Shown here one piece after another: positions 60,001 to 64,000 of a stretch of 64,000 nt of DNA. The DNA comes from Candidatus Heimdallarchaeum endolithica (GTDB lineage Archaea; Asgardarchaeota; Heimdallarchaeia; Heimdallarchaeales; Heimdallarchaeaceae), in the NCBI GenBank assembly GCA_021513715.1, contig CP084167.1, positions 2,304,001 to 2,368,000 on the forward strand, in the 5' to 3' direction. How positions within the stretch are numbered: position 1 is the stretch's first letter; each line of letters starts with the position of its first letter. The translations under genes and the position numbers were made by a program. Below the pieces are notes generated by a model. The model saw only the letters and a list, made by a program, of their open reading frames with translations, was not told where the DNA came from and ran no database searches.

Positions 60001-63000
60001 CAGATTAAAGTAAATAAAGCGTGGGAAGTAGGAGAAAATATCAATTTAAAGATTACAGCGGTAGATTCTTTTGGAAATGCACTAAACAATTTTCTATTAG
60101 GTACAGAATACATTATAGATAAACTTCCTCCTGTTTTACTCTCCTATTCGGATAATAATCCTGAACTAGGGGGAGGAGAAATAACTATTTCTTACCAAGT
60201 TAAGGATATAGGAAGTGTTGTAGCTTACCTTTATTATAATTTTAATTCGTCAGTGGAAACACCCTCAACTGAAAACGCTACTCTTTCTGATTTTCAAGTG
60301 GCTGTAATGGAACTTGAATCAATAGACGATACAAAATACGCACCTTATATTGAATGGTCATTTACCAAAACATTATCTCTACCATTAGAAATATTATATC
60401 CTGCAGTATCAATATATTTTGTAGCATTAGACGAATACAATAACAGTTTAACATGTATTGGAGGAAAAGCATATTCCCTACCTAATTTTGATATAGAAAC
60501 AAGTATTTACACTCCCAAGATTGAATCATATAAAAAACTCGCTGATAAATTTGGAGATTTTAGAGAATACCCCAGAGATAATGTTGATAAAAGATGGGTG
60601 GGAGAAACAGAAACAACGATAATTTCCTATGACTTCAGTGTAGAAGAAAATTTTTCTATAAACTATGCTCATCCTTATGGAGATAGATTTGCAAAAAGCG
60701 TATTGGAGTTTTATACTAGGGGTTGCCAAAATAGTTACTACGCACTTGGAGAACCAGATGGAAACATGGCGGAGGTAGGAGAATATATACGTTTAGACAT
60801 GGAGTATGAAGGAAAAATATTGAGTAAGCCTGGAGATGGAGAAGATTTTAAAGTTTATGGGGGAGCAGGACAATATCAAGTAATATTAATAAAAAATGCA
60901 TTGTCTCCCTTGCCAGCATATTATCATCTAGGAACAGGAACGGGTATAACTTCTTGGGACTTAGAAGCAGTGGGTTTAGATGAAGTAAGATATATAGAAA
61001 TATGGAATGAAAACACTGATAACTCTCCAGTTTATATTGATGCAATAGAAGCAATACATTGTGATGGGGATAGTTTCACCGGTCAAGAATGGCAAAATGC
61101 AGAAGAAAATAACGGAATTCCTGCAAATATAGTAGATAAGCAACTTTCAATGTATTACCATGGTTATAATGGAAACAATGAAATATTAGAAACCACGGTC
61201 AATCCTGAGTTTTACGACTACTTGTACATACCTCTATGGATGAATACCTATCTCCCTCAAATAAAACTGTCAATCAACTTTGTACAACAAGCTTATTCTG
61301 TTGATCTTTTTGCAGTAGATAATATAGCAAAGGATTCTTTGATGCAAAATGGAAATTATGTGCATCTAGGAAAAATAGATGGCTCTGGAGTGTATTATTT
61401 TGCATGTTCATACCCTAATAGATACACAGGTGTGTTATTCAAAATAAGACATAGCTGGGAAAGAATAACGAGCGAACTTGTTCAAATGTACAATTATGAA
61501 TTTACGCTTGATTATATTAAATTATTTGGAATTTTTTATAGAATAGAAGAATTATCAGGACCAAATTATTCAGAATTTGAAAAAATGTATGAAAAAAATA
61601 GCGGGAGCAATCCTGATCCTCTATTTTTACAAATGGAAAATTATAATGGTGAAAATCAGAAAAGTGCAAGTATAGATAATATCCATGAGGAAATATGGGC
61701 TGATGCAATTAATGAATTGGAAATTTTTGGTGGTACAAAAGGAGAATGGTTTTATCTCGCAATAGATAGAGCAAGTGAGCAACCTAATAATCCCATTGTT
61801 ACGGATGTTCAAGTTGTTTATGTAGACGGAGAAAGATTATATTGGAAAAATGCATATAATAACCAAAAAAGAATAGCCTTAATTTTTGACACTTTAGAAT
61901 TCTATGAAACTTATGGAGTGAGTAATTACTTTTACATTATGTCAAATGCCACAATTGAGGGAAAAGGATTTACAGCTTACTATTATTCTTTTTATTCTAA
62001 TAATGAACTGTTAGAAGGGTTCAACTATGAAGGAATACCTCAGGCAGATTTCAGGACAGGTGATGCACTTAACCCCACTCTTGAAGATACAAGTTACGAT
62101 TCTCCATGGTGGAATAACCCATTAGATTTTACCTCTCTCAATTCGGATAAACACGGGTGTATAGTCGTACAAATCCAAGAAAATCAGTCGGGTAATATTG
62201 ATTATCTAAATTTTGAAGGATATTACTCTTTCTTATTGGATGATCTTTATCTTGGTGGAGAAGAATTACATACACATAGAATCGGTTATCTCCCTATACA
62301 TATAGAAGGATTTAGCTACTATAGTGGAATAATGGACGGTTTTTATATTACTGACGATATAAAACCCAAATTAAGATTGCAGACATCTATAGCAAATCTT
62401 TATTCTCACCCCTTAGAATTAAGCTATGTTCTTCCTCTCGAGTTTATTGATTATGGAGAAGGGTGGTTACCCAGAGAAATAAAAGATTATGATACTAGTT
62501 ACTTAGATAATGAAAGATATAGATGGTTAGAGGTAGAATTTCACAATAAGATTCAATATGCTATTACAGAACTAAATAATGATTCATGCACACTTTTTCA
62601 GAAAGTGTTCGATACTCAATCAAATGAGATTTATTTTGAAGAGAGCTATACTCATTATAAAAGTAAAAATATAGATAATGAACTCACAAAGAGTTTCTCT
62701 CATATAATTCCTGAATCAGAAGCTATTTTTCCAAGTTCATATCAAGATTTTACTTACAAGTCAAGCTTAAACTATGTAGGAAATATTTCTTCTTCAGATT
62801 ATGTAGAAGTTGATTCACCAGAGATTAAAATAGGAAATACAAAAAAAGAAGATTCAAATATAAATGAACAATATGAAAGAGCGAAAGATGAATACAGATT
62901 TTATTATTTCTTGCCATATGAAAGCGATACAAATTCTATTGCTTTTGTGAATATTTCATCTAAAACTATAAGATTTGATGATGAAGCTTGTACTCCAAGT

Positions 63001-64000
63001 AATATAATAGACAAGATAAACATAAAAGCTCATTTATCTCTCGATATAGGGGAAAGCTTAGAACAAGTTTCAATTTACAAGATATACGCAATAGATATTG
63101 AAAATAAAGAACATGTTTTATACTCATCCAATTATGATGAATACTATTTCAATTATACAAGCGATTTAAATTATGAAATAGACTTAAATGTTTCAGCAGA
63201 TTCAGCGTATTTCTACATAATAAAAGAATTTAAAGTAGAATTTAAAATAAAAACCTTTACAGCAAGTGCTCAAGATGTAGTAGAAATATGTTTTGCAGAG
63301 TTGAAAGTTATCACTGATGAATTTTTACCCTATGATGTCATCTATCCAAAGGATACATCACCACCTTCAATCGATCTTATTCCTGTCTCTCCTCTGAGTC
63401 TAGAAAATAACATTTGGACGTTTACATACTCCGCAGAAGATTATTCAGGATTGAAAAATAATCAGTTCCAATATCGTATAAAATATGATTGGGGAGGAAT
63501 AGATGATCAAGGTATAGTATATTCTAAATCCGATAGTTATTCAGAATACATGGTTTTTAATCTTGGAGATGAATTCAATATTTTTAGCCCTAGTCCTCAA
63601 ATTGAGGGGGATGTTACCTATTATGCAAAGCGACTATGGCTGGAAATTTATGCTGTGGATGGTTCAATATGGGAAAATGAATATTTCTATGAAAAAACAT
63701 GGCAGATAGATGATGGGATCAGTCCTTGGATAGAACAACAATTTAACTATCTTATTGTGCAAATGTACAATGATAATCAACTTATCTGGACAGAAGCGAA
63801 AGATATTGCTGGAGTAAATACAGTTGAACTCATAATAGAAAATATTGAAGATTTTCATCATAACATCTATCAAATCAATGATATTTACACCTTAAACAAA
63901 ATTAACAATAGATGGTATTTAGGAGATGATTTAACTCCATTTAGTTTTTACAAATATGGAGAAGAGAAAATCCTACCTTACAAAGTAAATTACTATTATA
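57052..64000 (+). CDS. giant secreted/surface protein, more than 2,316 aa, 3' end outside the window (not in ORF track)
   Basis: AGGTGG SD then ATG 57052: MEKIKIKKKLTIYSILIILLFSNLSG (signal peptide). The frame read open wherever translated, including the last line (...EEKILPYKVNYYY), and the track reports no closed ORF in this frame. Recurrent DxxPPxI Ig-like domain starts; many NxS/T sequons. Confidence 0.92.
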   Translation, partial: MEKIKIKKKLTIYSILIILLFSNLSGLNFKFLQAENGDQSPPSILRVTQFPEIPTQFDGVVVYVEVEDETGFSSIYLMYERNNNLTSIPMKYLPNYYGNGTCFYASLPSFSAGTRITYFIEVTDSSENQNIAHSLKYDYVVVSDGIPKIKLLNEPKFLYSEEEYTFQFTIYDEDNISLQDTGIDPPLLYYRTERVEGTQQVVYNSTSEVFESVLPSVSLLDGEIKEGEKIEVWVGAYDKSPAHQYGESQHLQLPVINEKPYIYGVDRYPYIPLYNESFNLTTTIYYRENIGMNITQVSATINRYDEVTQKITKQSYILTQSEYSKFVFTGIIEPIGYIDNIELKINCKYTSDYQIEEAEVEKQEKSFSVRDCEAPAILESGFSSGVTTLKEGEEVKVYANVLDRLNTKDVTAIVTEEYKSGLQLIRSSKEYFQKLSYYGDDGISFIQQMSIDQSISGDFYFDGLVLKEEYVSKVRKEAASETLSIYAVEGKNELFIKIINPEGFLPLNYNQLVIQARAIGQDILLAGVYADLGETVIWNETVGNYVYDNVLPIDKFFSTDEYGTACLYNLQNIEDITNSIWLKFVPADGGNFSSSDGLSIDNIRLFSINTLNGERIDCYHQEINHDFVEYYGYYQAKKVDQLITFYIQASDGINIQTQNNEETIIVTDGKPPTFAINQISGVDIEDTELKFSMAITDYSIIDPTDALNVCFHYKINGLEEIIVNLTVANNWDEKGKVWVYNFNNTTILNFNDMWEYWFSAEDPCGNRGESKHYSFVVEENSAPTISLTCQTVTYNGEEKTVVEPAGAEIGISGEYLDINMDITENEGGSGIKLIQLYWYTSSHESNCWSSEVYSFMSVYSITDLTVAEKMIHNFDKVGILYYYAQVIDHAGNIYQTPEYQVQLIDNVKPIIKINSEYNSPNGLYNVDNSYGDISYNEDAYITLEIEDASTITNLILEAETSQGTFAGEVIWDEYYHDWTLQHYQIKVNKAWEVGENINLKITAVDSFGNALNNFLLGTEYIIDKLPPVLLSYSDNNPELGGGEITISYQVKDIGSVVAYLYYNFNSSVETPSTENATLSDFQVAVMELESIDDTKYAPYIEWSFTKTLSLPLEILYPAVSIYFVALDEYNNSLTCIGGKAYSLPNFDIETSIYTPKIESYKKLADKFGDFREYPRDNVDKRWVGETETTIISYDFSVEENFSINYAHPYGDRFAKSVLEFYTRGCQNSYYALGEPDGNMAEVGEYIRLDMEYEGKILSKPGDGEDFKVYGGAGQYQVILIKNALSPLPAYYHLGTGTGITSWDLEAVGLDEVRYIEIWNENTDNSPVYIDAIEAIHCDGDSFTGQEWQNAEENNGIPANIVDKQLSMYYHGYNGNNEILETTVNPEFYDYLYIPLWMNTYLPQIKLSINFVQQAYSVDLFAVDNIAKDSLMQNGNYVHLGKIDGSGVYYFACSYPNRYTGVLFKIRHSWERITSELVQMYNYEFTLDYIKLFGIFYRIEELSGPNYSEFEKMYEKNSGSNPDPLFLQMENYNGENQKSASIDNIHEEIWADAINELEIFGGTKGEWFYLAIDRASEQPNNPIVTDVQVVYVDGERLYWKNAYNNQKRIALIFDTLEFYETYGVSNYFYIMSNATIEGKGFTAYYYSFYSNNELLEGFNYEGIPQADFRTGDALNPTLEDTSYDSPWWNNPLDFTSLNSDKHGCIVVQIQENQSGNIDYLNFEGYYSFLLDDLYLGGEELHTHRIGYLPIHIEGFSYYSGIMDGFYITDDIKPKLRLQTSIANLYSHPLELSYVLPLEFIDYGEGWLPREIKDYDTSYLDNERYRWLEVEFHNKIQYAITELNNDSCTLFQKVFDTQSNEIYFEESYTHYKSKNIDNELTKSFSHIIPESEAIFPSSYQDFTYKSSLNYVGNISSSDYVEVDSPEIKIGNTKKEDSNINEQYERAKDEYRFYYFLPYESDTNSIAFVNISSKTIRFDDEACTPSNIIDKINIKAHLSLDIGESLEQVSIYKIYAIDIENKEHVLYSSNYDEYYFNYTSDLNYEIDLNVSADSAYFYIIKEFKVEFKIKTFTASAQDVVEICFAELKVITDEFLPYDVIYPKDTSPPSIDLIPVSPLSLENNIWTFTYSAEDYSGLKNNQFQYRIKYDWGGIDDQGIVYSKSDSYSEYMVFNLGDEFNIFSPSPQIEGDVTYYAKRLWLEIYAVDGSIWENEYFYEKTWQIDDGISPWIEQQFNYLIVQMYNDNQLIWTEAKDIAGVNTVELIIENIEDFHHNIYQINDIYTLNKINNRWYLGDDLTPFSFYKYGEEKILPYKVNYYY

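Larger units (their letters stand above)
48250..64000. mobile_element. tRNA-Asn-associated genomic island with a giant surface-protein gene (aloposon-like); right end outside the window
   Basis: Starts at the truncated tRNA; contains only accessory genes (nucleases, IS, wHTH, MinD/ParA, surface proteins), 32-bp tandem repeats and an ORF longer than 6.9 kb. No integrase is visible in the window. Confidence 0.7.

Noticed and set aside
60526-63873. Short minus-strand ORFs in the track
   Set aside because: They are antisense shadows of the giant plus-strand ORF.
48250-64000. Casposon or provirus
   Set aside because: No Cas1, family B polymerase, capsid, terminase or portal motifs were recognised in the visible part.

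Overview
AT-rich archaeal DNA. The marker set (EgsA, aCPSF1/FttA, eS26, a ribophorin-I homologue, bacterial/eukaryote-type MetK, BHB-intron tRNA) points to an Asgard archaeon, probably Heimdallarchaeia-like; the taxonomy is inference. Positions 1-48,150 are mostly core genes, with several eukaryote-like or odd proteins: ribophorin I, a possible mu-homology-domain protein, Yip1, a bactofilin-like protein, a His-less sensor kinase, and two RHH paralogues sharing an upstream 14-mer. At 48,157 a tRNA-Asn(GTT) gene with a perfect bulge-helix-bulge intron breaks off inside the T-arm, and an accessory island begins that runs off the window. The island holds a Cas4-like nuclease disrupted twice (in-frame TGA, plus an IS481 element with a 17-bp target duplication), a DUF4365 protein, a wHTH regulator, a degenerate MinD/ParA ATPase, a beta-helix surface protein and 32-bp tandem repeats. 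It also holds a giant secreted-protein ORF (start 57,052, more than 2,300 codons, no stop in the window) that the ORF track omits. This layout resembles the giant-protein 'aloposon' elements reported from Heimdallarchaeum. All calls come from reading motifs by eye; no database searches were run.
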